Source: an uncultured Solirubrobacterales bacterium
GTDB taxonomy: Bacteria > Actinomycetota > Thermoleophilia > Solirubrobacterales > Solirubrobacteraceae
Assembly: GCA_963725525.1 (NCBI GenBank)
Contig: CAVRYP010000009.1
Coordinates: 417,111 to 481,110 of the forward strand
Length of the DNA: 64,000 bases
Direction of reading: 5' to 3'
Position numbers and translations under genes: made by a program. This document shows, in pieces, positions 1 to 11,538 of the stretch (positions are counted from its first letter, which is position 1; every line of letters begins with the position of its first letter). A model generated the notes under the pieces. That model did no database searches. It saw only the letters and a list, made by a program, of their open reading frames with translations, and was not told the DNA's origin.

Positions 1-162
1 AGCCCCGGCGAGGGCTATCCCGCCGCGCACGCCGCCGAACAGAGCCGCATCGTGAGCACCGCACTGGATCCCGACCGTGCCGATCTCTCAGTACCCCCGC
101 AAGGCACCGGGGCTGCGCTGATGGAGTGGATCTCGCCCACCGGCCCGCGCGGAGAGCGCTGA
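1..162 (+). CDS. Possible 3' end of a gene entering the window (hypothetical)
   Basis: Frame 1 is open from base 1 to TGA 160-162 (SPGEGYPAAHAAEQSRIVSTALDPD...GER); no recognisable motif. Confidence 0.35.
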   Translation, partial: SPGEGYPAAHAAEQSRIVSTALDPDRADLSVPPQGTGAALMEWISPTGPRGER

Positions 163-317
163 GCGATGCTCTGGCGACGCTTCAAGCGCGTCTTCAGCCA
201 GTGGCGGCGCAGGCGTCGCGCACGGCGAGGGTGACACGCCCTCCTGCGTGAGTCGCGCACGGGCATGCTTTACCGCTGCGCCCGAGCGCGCCGAGCTGCT
301 CCGGTAACCTCACGCGC

Positions 318-1240
318 GTGAAGAAGGGCAACCTGCACACGAGCCCGCTCCATCAGATGGAGATCGGGCACCTGAAGGCGGGGTGGCGCGATCTCGGCCG
401 CGAAGTCGGAACGCGCACCGTCGGCCTGCGCCGCATCGAGGTGGTCGCGCGAGCACTTCTCCACGCCGGCACACGACCATGGCGCCGACGAGGAGATCTT
501 CTTCGTGCTCGGCGGCGAGGGACTCCTGTGGCAGGACGGCAAGACCTACGCCGTCGCGGCCGGCGACTGCATCGTGCACCGCCCCAAGCGCGGCGCACAC
601 ACGCTGCGTGCGGGCCGGATGGGCTCGACGTGCTCGTCTTCGGCGAGCGTCGCGATCCCGCCCTCACCGCCCTCCCGCGTGCCGGGGTGGCGTGGTCGTT
701 CCCCCGCTGGGTGGAGCTCGGCGAGGGCGACTCGCCCGTTCGCGCGCGAGGCCGCCGCGGGCGCGCCCGAGTGTCCGCCGCCAGCAGCCGAGCGCCCGCG
801 CAACGTCGTCGCGCTCGTCCGACGTGCCCGCGATCCTCGGCGGACGCGCCCGACGCCTGGGCCAGGCCGCTGGCGCTTCGGCTACGGGCCTCAACCACGT
901 CGTGCTCGCCGCCGACGGACAGGGCGCCCCGGCGCACTGCCACTCGCTCGAGGAGGAGCTGTTCGTGGTGCTCGACGGCGGGGGCATCCTCGAGCTGTGG
1001 GAGCGCGGCGCCGAGAGCCCCGAGGAGCATCCGCTCAGCCGCGGGGATGTGATCTCGCGCCCGGCGGGCACGGGCGTCGCCCACGCGCTGCGGCCTGGCG
1101 CCGAGGGAATCACCTACCTCGCCTACGGCACCCGCGAGCCGGCCGACATGTGCTTCTACCCGCAGTCCGGGCGCGTCTCGCTGCGAGGGCTCGGCATCGC
1201 GCTGCGCTCGCCCGAGATCGAGCACCTGCCGAATCTCTGA
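318..1240 (+). CDS. Two-domain cupin (bicupin) protein, frameshifted in this sequence
   Basis: C-terminal frame has HCHSLEEELFVVLDGGG and GDVISRPAGTGVAHAL; N-terminal pieces in other frames give EEIFFVLGGEG and GDCIVH; several indels. Confidence 0.75.
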
Positions 1241-1289
1241 GCGTCCTGGGACGCTGGCGAAGGTGGCCATCTCTGTTCAGCTAAGTGTG

Positions 1290-1312
1290 GGTACACACTA
1301 ATAGGGTGTACC
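1290..1312. terminator. AT-rich palindrome followed by TATATTTTT between convergent genes (terminator or operator)
   Basis: GGTACACACTA-A-TAGGGTGTACC, 10 of 11 arm positions pair. Confidence 0.45.
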
Positions 1313-1389
1313 TATATTTTTGCGAACAGCCCTGTCGAGGGGCTACAGCGAAAGCCACCCAGGGACGCCCGGCTTCACCTCGGGGGCCC

Positions 1390-2205
1390 CTACCGCCCCC
1401 GCCACACCGGATCGCGCTTCTCCTTGAAGGCGCTGGCGCCCTCCTTGGCGTCCTCGGAGGCAAACACTGGCCCAGAGATGGCGCCCTGCTTTTCCCACAT
1501 CTCCGCGGCGGACCAGTCGTACTGCTCCTGGAGGATGCGCTTGGAGGCGATCAGCGCGAGCGGCCCGCTCTTGGCCAGGCGCGCCGCGAGCTCCAGCGCG
1601 CCCCGCACGGCCTCGCCGGGCTCGGCGAGGTGGTTGACGACGCCCCACTCGTGAAAGCGCTCTGCGGGCTGGAGATCGCCGGTGAGCGCGAGCTCCATCA
1701 CCATGTGGTAGGGCATCCTTCGCGGCAGGCGCAGCAGCGCGCCGCCCGCGGCCACGAGCGAGCGCTTGGCCTCGGGGATGCCCATCTTGGCGCCCCTTGC
1801 CGCGACGATGAGATCGCAGGCGAGCGCGATCTCCATGCCGCCCGCCACCGCGAAGCCCTCGATCGCCGCGATCAGCGGCTTGGCGGCGGAGCGCTGGGCG
1901 ATGCCCGCGAAGCCGCGATTGCCAAACCAGGGCGACTCGCCCTTCACGAAGGCCCCCAGATCCATGCCCGCGCAGAAGAAGCCTCCCGCGCCGCTGAGCA
2001 CGCCCACGGAGAGTGCATCGTCGCCATCGAGCTCCTCCAGCGCTCCCGCGATGCCGGCGGCCACGGCGGCGTTCACGGCGTTGCGCACCTCGGGGCGGTT
2101 GATCGTGATCAGCAGTACGTTCTCGCGGCGCTCGCTGAGCACGGCGGAGGGCTCGGCGTTCGCGGCGGCGGGTGCGGCAGTGGTGGAGGCGGTGTCGTTG
2201 GTCAT
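1390..2205 (-). CDS. Enoyl-CoA hydratase/isomerase (crotonase) family protein
   Basis: INRPEVRNA, FCAGMDL, KPLIAAIEGFAVAGGMEIALACD, EDAKEGASAFKEKR. Confidence 0.92.
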   Translation of the reverse strand: MTNDTASTTAAPAAANAEPSAVLSERRENVLLITINRPEVRNAVNAAVAAGIAGALEELDGDDALSVGVLSGAGGFFCAGMDLGAFVKGESPWFGNRGFAGIAQRSAAKPLIAAIEGFAVAGGMEIALACDLIVAARGAKMGIPEAKRSLVAAGGALLRLPRRMPYHMVMELALTGDLQPAERFHEWGVVNHLAEPGEAVRGALELAARLAKSGPLALIASKRILQEQYDWSAAEMWEKQGAISGPVFASEDAKEGASAFKEKRDPVWRGR

Positions 2206-2248
2206 GCGTTGCAGACTACCTCGCCACCCCTGTGGGCGAAACAGCGGC

Positions 2249-2941
2249 TCAGGCCGCAAACAGCGTCAACTCGGGCTCGCGCTCGCCGCGCAGCACTTCC
2301 AGGTCGACCTCCACGCACTCGATTCCACGCGCCTGCGCGAGCACGCGCGCCTGCGGCTTGATCCGCTGTGCAGCGAGCACCCCGCGGCATGAGCCCAGCG
2401 CGGGGTCCAGGCGGATGCGCTGCAGGTAGCGCGTGAGCTGCTCCACCGCATCGATCGTGCCCATGCGCTTGATCTCCACCGCGATCCACTCATCCTCGCC
2501 ATCGCGGCACATCAGATCCACGGGGCCGATGTCTGTGGGCCACTCGCGGCGCACGAGCCGAAAGCCCTCCCCGCACCACTGCGGCGCGGCGGCGAGGAGC
2601 TCCTGCAGCTCGCGCTCGAGGCCCTCCTTCTCCAACGACACGAGCACGTCGAGCTCGTGCTCGATATCCGAGAGCACCTCGTGCAGCACGATCTCCACGC
2701 GATCCTCCTGCTTGTGGCGACGCACCACCAGGCGCGCGGGCGCGCCCTCGGGAGCGGTCTCCTCTTCGAGCACCGTGGGCGGGGTCATCCAGTTGAGCGG
2801 CTTCACATTGGGGCCGCCGCCATCGGCCCATACCATGAAGGTGCCATCGGCCTTGAACATCAACAGCCGCACCGCCTCGGGCAGCACGGTGGTGACACGG
2901 CCGATGTAGGAGACCTCGCAGCGGGCGACGATCAGGCGCAC
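2249..2941 (-). CDS. nucS: Mismatch-specific endonuclease NucS/EndoMS
   Basis: MRLIVARCEVSY.GR, KPLNWM, RREWPTDIGPVDL, VEIKR, VEQLTRY. Confidence 0.93.
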   Translation of the reverse strand: MRLIVARCEVSYIGRVTTVLPEAVRLLMFKADGTFMVWADGGGPNVKPLNWMTPPTVLEEETAPEGAPARLVVRRHKQEDRVEIVLHEVLSDIEHELDVLVSLEKEGLERELQELLAAAPQWCGEGFRLVRREWPTDIGPVDLMCRDGEDEWIAVEIKRMGTIDAVEQLTRYLQRIRLDPALGSCRGVLAAQRIKPQARVLAQARGIECVEVDLEVLRGEREPELTLFAA

Positions 2942-2983
2942 GCCGAGAACCTATCCGCTGCGCCGGATCGCTCTCCGGCGGCG

Positions 2984-3160
2984 TCACTCGCTGTCGGGCG
3001 GCGGCGGCTTCTCCTCCTGCGCCTCGCCGCTCATCGCCTCGCGGAACTCGCGCATGCCCTTGCCGAGCGCGCGCGCCATTTCGGGGAGACGCTTCGGGCC
3101 GAGCACCACCAGCGCGACCGCCGCGATGAAGATGATATGGACGGGGTTCTCGATACCCAT
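2984..3160 (-). CDS. tatA: Twin-arginine translocase TatA/TatE subunit (58 aa, absent from ORF track)
   Basis: Translated by hand: MGIENPVHIIFIAAVALVVLGPKRLPEMARALGKGMREFREAMSG... Confidence 0.9.
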   Translation of the reverse strand: MGIENPVHIIFIAAVALVVLGPKRLPEMARALGKGMREFREAMSGEAQEEKPPPPDSE

Positions 3161-3193
3161 GCCTGCTTTCAGGCTAGCGTGCCAGGTGCGCCG

Positions 3194-3607
3194 TCAGCGG
3201 TCGTTGAAGGGGTTCTCGACTCGAACACCAGCGTAGTCTTGGCCATCGTTCAGATCCTCCGAGAGCACGATCTCGCAGCCGAGCGCACGGGCCGCCTCGA
3301 GAATCGCGGCGTCCCAGTAGGAGATGCCGAATCGCTCGCGGGTGTCCAGGGCGGCGAGCACGGTGCTCAACGTGGTCTCCTGGATGGGAAACCGCCGGAA
3401 GGAGTCGATCAGCGCAGCAGCCTGCTCGTGCGTCAGGCGATCTGCCCTGGACTCGCGGGTCGCCTGCACATAGAACTCCTGGAGCACCTGCACCGAAAGC
3501 CCCACCTCCCGCCGAGCCAGGAGCTCGTTGGCCCTTGCGGCCTTCTTGCGCTCACCGGGATCGCGTGAGATCGCATAGAGCAGGATGATGGTGTCAGCGA
3601 ACTGCAC
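3194..3607 (-). CDS. PIN-domain (VapC-like) toxin
   Basis: FADTIILLYA, VLQEF, ISYWDAAILEAA, LSEDL, RVENPF. Confidence 0.88.
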   Translation of the reverse strand: MQFADTIILLYAISRDPGERKKAARANELLARREVGLSVQVLQEFYVQATRESRADRLTHEQAAALIDSFRRFPIQETTLSTVLAALDTRERFGISYWDAAILEAARALGCEIVLSEDLNDGQDYAGVRVENPFNDR

Positions 3608-3831
3608 GCCCGTGCAGCTCCTCGCGGGCGAGGCGATCGCGGGCGCTGAAGCGACCGATCTGCTCCTGGATGCTCCGCTGCTGAGCCTCGAGACGCGCAA
3701 ACTCGGCGTCGCGCTCGGAGAGCGAGCGCAAGTACTCGGCGACAAGTCCGCTAACCGAACTCCCACGCTCGGCCGCGCGAATCCGCTGCGCGATAGACGT
3801 CGTCAGGGACGGAAACGGTGATGTTCGTCAC
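3594..3831 (-). CDS. Ribbon-helix-helix antitoxin, one frameshift near 3783
   Basis: VTNITVSVPDDVYRAA then in another frame IRAAERGSSVSGLVAEYLRSL...LAREELHGRAVR; overlaps toxin start. Confidence 0.75.
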
Positions 3832-3910
3832 TGTGCTTCACAGTATCACATTCTCACAGCAACCCGATAGAGACATCGATCCCTCCGAACCGCGACCTAG
3901 AGTCCCCCTC

Positions 3911-4600
3911 GTGGCCCCCGAACCCTCCGCGCAGCCCGCGCCCCCCGGCCGGCCCTACCCCCCGCCGGGCGCGTCCGAGCCGTTCTGGCCGGCGCAGGCG
4001 ACAATCCTTGGGGCGATCGCGCTGCAGTTGCTCTTGCCCGATCGGCTCACGGTGGGCCCCGCGTGGCTGATCCCGGGCCTGGAGGGAGCGCTGCTGGTGG
4101 GCATGTTCATGGCCACGCCCAACCAACTCGAGCACGAGCACCCGCGGCGTCGGCGCGTGGCGCTGGGCCTGACGGCGTTTGTGAGCGCCGCGAACATCTA
4201 CTCGCTGGCGGCGCTCACGCACTACCTGCTGCACAGCCATGTGAAGAACGGCCGCGAGCTTGTCGTCTCGGGGGTGCTGATCTGGCTCACCAACTTCCTC
4301 ATCTTCGCGCTGTGGTATTGGGAGACCGACCGCGGCGGCCCCGGGCGGCGCGCGGCAGGTCACGATCGCGCCGCCGACTTCCTCTTCCCGCAGATGCAGG
4401 ACGACCGCATCGAGCCGCTTGACTGGCGCCCGCAGTTCATCGACTACCTGTATGTGTCGCTCACGAATGCCACCGCCTTCTCCCCAACCGACACGATGCC
4501 GCTCACGCCGATGGCGAAGACCATCATGGGCATCCAATCGCTCGTCTCGCTCGTGACGATCGGATTGATCGTCTCGCGCGCGGTGAACATCCTCGGCTGA
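3911..4600 (+). CDS. DUF1345-like membrane protein
   Basis: Several TM segments; DFLFPQM, FIDYLYVSLTNATAFSPTDTMPLT. Confidence 0.8.
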   Translation: MAPEPSAQPAPPGRPYPPPGASEPFWPAQATILGAIALQLLLPDRLTVGPAWLIPGLEGALLVGMFMATPNQLEHEHPRRRRVALGLTAFVSAANIYSLAALTHYLLHSHVKNGRELVVSGVLIWLTNFLIFALWYWETDRGGPGRRAAGHDRAADFLFPQMQDDRIEPLDWRPQFIDYLYVSLTNATAFSPTDTMPLTPMAKTIMGIQSLVSLVTIGLIVSRAVNILG

Positions 4601-4602
4601 GC

Positions 4603-4632
4603 TCAGCAGTCGCTGAATGGGTTCTCGACCCG
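4603..4632 (-). pseudogene. 30-bp remnant of a second PIN-toxin 3' end (RVENPFSDC*)
   Basis: 26/30 identical to 3194-3223 (RVENPFNDR*), including the stop codon. Confidence 0.55.
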
Positions 4633-4705
4633 GGCAGGACGCCCAAGAACAAGGGTCCATTTGGGAATTGCCCGGTAAATCGACTGGAGTCGGCCCGAGA
4701 GCTCA

Positions 4706-7453
4706 TCATGGAGCGCCATCCGAAGCGGCACCCCCCGCCTCAGCACCTGGCGTACCGGTGACGCTTGGCATTTTGGACGCGCGATAGGAAAGCGCCCAAT
4801 GCACGAGCGCCTTCTTGACCTCGCGCTCCTTCTCGAGCCGACGACCGCGGAATCTCGGGTTGATCTCGGCAGCAGAGATTCTTATCGCCATCAATTCCTC
4901 GTCAGCCAGCCATTTTGCGAGCTGTTCCTTGTGCTCCTCCCCTTTGCCCTTCTCGAGCTCGGACGTCCACGCGATCACGGCCTCCTCGTTCCCTTCACGC
5001 GTGTCCGGGAACTCTTCACGCGTGTCCGAGACCTGGTCTTCCCGCATCTGCTTGGCGACGCTTGCAGAGAGCCCGATCCACACATCGGGCAGGACCGTCA
5101 ACGAGAGCTTATTGCCATTCGCCACCGCGGGGCCGATGCCAGCCAGATCCGTGGGTTTGCACTCGCGGCCGGCGAATACTCTCACGGCGCCGGTCTTCAT
5201 CCACTGGCTCTCGAATTGACCCCACATGGTCTCGAGATCGCGCTTGCTTGGCACACGCGCTGCGTTTGGGGTCTCACTCTTCGAGAAGAACGTCTGACGA
5301 TCTCCCCGCCTCTGGAACCAGACCTCTCCAAGTTCGGGAACCAGCAGGCTAACCCGCGGGCGATTGGTACGCAGCTGCCACGCGCGCGCCCTCAGCCAGC
5401 GGACGTACTGCGCGATCTGATCCTCGGAGTGATGGACCGCCTGCCCGTAGAAGCGATACGCGCGCGGACCGAGGAACACGGGCGGGATCTCGTTGCGCGA
5501 GACCAAGAGCCAGCCCCTTCCATCTTCGTCGGCCGGCTGGTCATCAGCACGCCGACGCTCGTTGACTTGCCGATCCTCGTCGGCTAGGTCGCCGTCGCCG
5601 GATCTCGTGAGCGCCACGTCCACCAGTTTGCGAAGCTCGTGGGTGAATGCGGCGCTCTCAAGAACGTTCGGGTCCTTGTCGGGCGACTGCGATCCGGTGT
5701 ACGTCGACTTGCCCTCCCCAGTCAGGTCGGCCGGAGCCAGGTCCCGGTCAGCAGTCACATCCCAACATTCAGTGAGCTGCTTGTGCAGCAGCCCGGCTGA
5801 TCGCTCCGAGAAGTTGGCGATGACCCGTCCCACCTCGGGAAGCCAGTACACGCGCTGCTCGTTCTCCACCTTGCCGCCGTCGGGAGCGCCGCGTCCGCGA
5901 CCGCCAGGGAAGTGGCTGACATCGGCGATCTGGATCAGGGTCATGCCCTCGGGCGGTCCGGCGTCGAGCACGTTCTTGGTACGCACGATCGGATCGTCGC
6001 CGCCCACCACGAACAGCAGCCGTCGGCTGAATTCCGAGACACGGCTGGCATAGCCGCCACGGTAGTACTGCAGGTACACCTCATAGAAGATTCGCGTGAA
6101 GTAGCTGAAATCGTCAGCATCGATCCCGGCGACCCGCTCGACCTTCGACCCGGACCCGTCGGTCGATTCCGTCTCGTGGCTCTTCAGATAACCTTCCCGA
6201 AAGGCGCGATCAAGCTCATAGCGGAGACCGTGGAGGACTGCCTGCCACTCCTCCGGGTGCGCGAACGCGGTCGGCGCGAGATCGCGCAACGCACCGCCGG
6301 CGAACAGGTTCGTGCAGCTCGATATCGCGAAAGGCCAAGCGAAGAATGCCGCCTGCGCCATGAACCCACCCATGCTGTAGCCGACTACATGTACGGAGGG
6401 CGGCTCGGGAGCGGCTTGCTTGGGCGCTGCACGGCGCTCCTCTGCGTCAGACTTCCCTTCCCAGCCGAGCAGCTTGCGAAGCTCCGCCACCATGTCGGTG
6501 ATCCTGCTCTTGGAGACGTCCTGCTTGGACTGGGTGGAAGGATGCTCATCAGGCTCACCCTGTGCTCGGGCGAGTTCTACGTACAGTTCTTCGGCCTTGA
6601 TGTTGGCCTTGACGACCTCTTGCCAATCCTCGGCGATGGCCCGAGCCAGGACCCCATGCGCGCCCCGGCCTTTGCCACGATCTGGCGGCTCAGCCTCGGC
6701 GAGCAGGCGAGTGCCGGCCGCCACGGCATAGTGCGGTCGAGGCGTGAGGGCGCTCAAGAGCCACTGCGTCTCCTGCATGTAGCGCAGGAACTGACGGAAC
6801 AGGTCGCCGGGATCGCGCAGGTAGCCGTCCAGCGGCTGCTCAGTGTAGGGACTTTGGAACGGGAATCGCGTGAGGTGTCCTGGTAGCGGACGCAGGATGC
6901 ACACGGCGTCGTTCTCCGCCCTGCTCCCGAGGATCCAAGCCGCGAGGCGATAGTGGAACAGCAGGTCGGTCGTCTCGTTGAGCCCGTTGTGCAGGAGGTA
7001 GACGTGCTTAATCTGCCCTCCAGGCTCGTTGCCCTTGCCGATCACCCGCATTGTGTGCAGGTTCGGCCAACCGTCCTCGCTCTCGAATTGAAAGGGACGC
7101 TTGCGTGGACGATGCGTTCCGATCAGCGGCGAGTTGGGGAATCTCAGCAGCGCCTCCCACAAGTTGTGTGGCTGCGGCGGCTCGTTGCGGTTCTCGTTCG
7201 CGTGCTCTTTGCTTTCGACATCCTGCTCGCCGTACACCACGATCTGTCTGAACAGGTGCCCCTTCTCGATCTTCCACTGATCCGTCAATGATCTCGAGGC
7301 ACGTCGCGGCCAGCCCTTGGCGAGCAGCCCTCGATCGCGCTCGCTGGCTGGGATCTCGTAGCTCTGCTTGCTAGAGCCGGGGCGAGGAATCTCAAACCGA
7401 CCGGTCTCCGATTGTGAGTTGTCCGGCAAGAACTCCTCCTCAAGGCTAGGCAC
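4706..7453 (-). CDS. Large 915-aa protein with central alpha/beta-hydrolase domain
   Basis: LLHNGLNE, GYSMGG nucleophile elbow, VGGDDPIV, DVSHF; uninterrupted ORF with visibly lower GC than neighbours. Confidence 0.7.
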   Translation of the reverse strand: MPSLEEEFLPDNSQSETGRFEIPRPGSSKQSYEIPASERDRGLLAKGWPRRASRSLTDQWKIEKGHLFRQIVVYGEQDVESKEHANENRNEPPQPHNLWEALLRFPNSPLIGTHRPRKRPFQFESEDGWPNLHTMRVIGKGNEPGGQIKHVYLLHNGLNETTDLLFHYRLAAWILGSRAENDAVCILRPLPGHLTRFPFQSPYTEQPLDGYLRDPGDLFRQFLRYMQETQWLLSALTPRPHYAVAAGTRLLAEAEPPDRGKGRGAHGVLARAIAEDWQEVVKANIKAEELYVELARAQGEPDEHPSTQSKQDVSKSRITDMVAELRKLLGWEGKSDAEERRAAPKQAAPEPPSVHVVGYSMGGFMAQAAFFAWPFAISSCTNLFAGGALRDLAPTAFAHPEEWQAVLHGLRYELDRAFREGYLKSHETESTDGSGSKVERVAGIDADDFSYFTRIFYEVYLQYYRGGYASRVSEFSRRLLFVVGGDDPIVRTKNVLDAGPPEGMTLIQIADVSHFPGGRGRGAPDGGKVENEQRVYWLPEVGRVIANFSERSAGLLHKQLTECWDVTADRDLAPADLTGEGKSTYTGSQSPDKDPNVLESAAFTHELRKLVDVALTRSGDGDLADEDRQVNERRRADDQPADEDGRGWLLVSRNEIPPVFLGPRAYRFYGQAVHHSEDQIAQYVRWLRARAWQLRTNRPRVSLLVPELGEVWFQRRGDRQTFFSKSETPNAARVPSKRDLETMWGQFESQWMKTGAVRVFAGRECKPTDLAGIGPAVANGNKLSLTVLPDVWIGLSASVAKQMREDQVSDTREEFPDTREGNEEAVIAWTSELEKGKGEEHKEQLAKWLADEELMAIRISAAEINPRFRGRRLEKEREVKKALVHWALSYRASKMPSVTGTPGAEAGGAASDGAP

Positions 7454-7715
7454 GACTGGGCCGCGGGAGACTACACAAGTTCCGGAGAGGCGGGCGGTTC
7501 GATTGTGTGCTCGCTGCGCCAGTTCCAGATCGGCCGTCAGCTACTGTCCTCGGCCGCTCTGATGTTGATGTTCCACGGTTCAGGGAGGTGAGCCCGAACT
7601 GCTCACGACACCGCCGACCGCGAGTAACCACACCGGGCGTCTACCCGTGAAGCCAGAGTTCTCGGATGCCAGCCGCTTCGAGCAGCCACCGAATCTCGGA
7701 CTGGTGGCGCCCCGA

Positions 7716-8816
7716 TCAGACCACCGGCACCGCGCGCGGCTCCAGCGCGAGCGCCCTCACGAGCAACTCCTTCACATCCCCGCCCGCGCCGAGGCTGAGC
7801 GCGCGCTCGAGCGCCTGCAGCGCCCCCTCGCGGTCCATGAGGCTCAGGCGCAGGCGGCCCAGGCGCTCCCACGCGCCCGCGTCTTCGGGGCCGCGCTCGG
7901 CGGCGCGCTGCGCGGCTTCCTCGGCGAGGTCGGTGGCGCCTATGTCTTCGTAGATGCGCGCCGCGAAGCGGTGCGGCGCAGGGCGCTCGCCGTCCACGCG
8001 CGCCCAGTCGCGCACCGAGCGCGCCGCCGCCTCGAGGTTGCCCGCCTGCCAGAAGGCGAGGGTCATCAGGCGCAGCACCCCCACGTTGCGCGGCTCGGCG
8101 TCGCGCGCGTAGACGAGCCGCTGCGCGGCGAGCTCGTACTCGCCTTCGGCCATGGCGCGCTGCGCGGCGGTCATGAAGCGCTCCACGCGCTCCTCCGCGG
8201 GGTCGGGCTTGGAGAAGTCCACGAAGCGCATGCTCCCCGCGGGCACCGTGCGCACGCCGTGGCTGAACTTCACCCTCGCCCACTGCTGATCGACTTCGAT
8301 GCGATCCTCTTCGCCGTTCTCAGCGCCGTTGTGTGCGCCGCTCGTCGAGGAGCCCCCGCCGGTGAAGTAGATCCCCGCGACGGTGCCCACGCCCCACTCG
8401 GGGTAGGAGATGCAGCGGGCATAGCGGTGCACCACCGAGTGATCGGGCACGCGGCTGCCGAAGGGGTCGTGCTGCGCGCGCTCGGTGGCCGCTTCGCGGG
8501 CGCGCTGCTCGGCTTCGTAGGCTCTGCGCCCCGCCTCCTCGCGCGCGCGGCGCGCCGCCGCGGCGCTCACGCGCACGGCGTTGGCGCTCACGCGCCCCCC
8601 GCGCGAGCCCTCCGCGAGGCGCTCGAGCTGATCGGCCGCCTCGTTGATCGCCTTGAGGTGGCGCTCGTGCTCGAACTGTCTCCCGCTCGGCGCCACATCG
8701 GGGTGCCAGCGCTTGGCCATGCGCCGCCGCGCGAGCTGCACCTCGCGCTTGTCGAAGGGCGCCTCCAGCTCCAGTAGGAGCAGCTGCTGCTCTATGTCCA
8801 AGATGCCTCCGGGCAT
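7716..8816 (-). CDS. J-domain (DnaJ-like) protein with Tudor/SH3-like middle domain and C-terminal TPR repeats
   Basis: RRMAKRWHPD...INEA; YPEWGVGTV...ARVKFSHG; TPR-like DAGAWERLGRLRLSLMDREGALQALERAL. Confidence 0.75.
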   Translation of the reverse strand: MPGGILDIEQQLLLLELEAPFDKREVQLARRRMAKRWHPDVAPSGRQFEHERHLKAINEAADQLERLAEGSRGGRVSANAVRVSAAAARRAREEAGRRAYEAEQRAREAATERAQHDPFGSRVPDHSVVHRYARCISYPEWGVGTVAGIYFTGGGSSTSGAHNGAENGEEDRIEVDQQWARVKFSHGVRTVPAGSMRFVDFSKPDPAEERVERFMTAAQRAMAEGEYELAAQRLVYARDAEPRNVGVLRLMTLAFWQAGNLEAAARSVRDWARVDGERPAPHRFAARIYEDIGATDLAEEAAQRAAERGPEDAGAWERLGRLRLSLMDREGALQALERALSLGAGGDVKELLVRALALEPRAVPVV

Positions 8817-8962
8817 TCCCCGTTTACGTTATCGCCCCGTCGCGCCTCCTTCCGCAGGCCTGCGGCCACTTCGGCCCGTTCCGCCACGCGAACGCTCGCT
8901 GGACGGCCTTGTGCCGTCCCTTAAAACTGCTGTTCGCGGGCCGAGCGCCTATCCTGGCCGCT

Positions 8963-10618
<1,656 letters not shown>

Positions 10619-10619
10619 A

Positions 10620-11475
10620 GTGGACACACGCTTCGATCTCGATACCGCGGTGCGCCGGATCGGCGAGTCGACCTCTTTCGACGCCGATATCGCTCCCGGC
10701 TGGCGTGCTGGACGCGGCCCTCACGGTGGCTACCTCGCGGCAATGCTGCTGCGCGCGCTCACAGCCGCAGTCGACGACCCCACGCGTTCGCCGCGCTCGC
10801 TCACGATTCACTACGCGAGCTCACCCGAACCAGGGCCGGCGAAGATCGAAGTGAGCATCGAGCGCGCGGGGCGTTCGCTCTCCACGCTCTCCGCGCGCCT
10901 CACCCAGGAGGGCGCCACGATGGCGCTTGCGCTCGCGGCCTTCTCGCTTCCCTGGGAGGCCCCCGAAGCCGACGCGCTGCCGATGCCCGAGGTGGCGCCG
11001 CCCGATCTCGAGCGCCGCGACACGCCGCGCATGTTCAAGGGCGCTCCCGAGTTCACCAAGCAACTCGTGATGCAGGCGCGCGTGGGCGCGATGCCCTTCG
11101 TGGGCGCGGACCACCCAATGGAAATCGGCGGCTGGATCGCGCTGCCGCAGGCGCGAGCGCTCGATCCGCTCTCGCTCGTGCTCTTCGCCGACGCCTGGTT
11201 CCCTCCGTCTTTCATCGCCCTCTCCGAGCCAGCCATCAGCCCCACCGTCGATCTCACGATCCACTTCCGCCAACCCCCTCCGCGCGTCGAGGGGCCGCTC
11301 GATGGGATGTGCCTCTCGATCTTCAACACCCGCCTGTTGCACGAAGGCTTCTTCGAGGAGGACGGCGTCATCTGGGCGCCCGATGGCTCGGTGCTGCTGC
11401 AGTCGCGCCAGCTCGGCATCATCATGCCCACCGAAAATCCGGTGCTCGTGATTCCCGAGGAAACGGATTCTCTGA
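10620..11475 (+). CDS. Acyl-CoA thioesterase (double hot-dog) family; 3' end approximate
   Basis: GPHGGYLAAMLLRAL, ADAWFPP, PTVDLTIHFR, GFFEEDGVIW, QSRQLG; in-frame stop missing, probable indel. Confidence 0.8.
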
Positions 11476-11538
11476 GTACTCCGCGGCAAATATCCTCCGC
11501 GAAGTTCCCTTCGGCGACTCACAGAGAGGATCACAGCA

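Noticed and set aside
3143-3153. GGGGTTCTCGA in tatA matching the PIN 3' repeat
   Set aside because: Only 11 bp, explained by shared ENP codons
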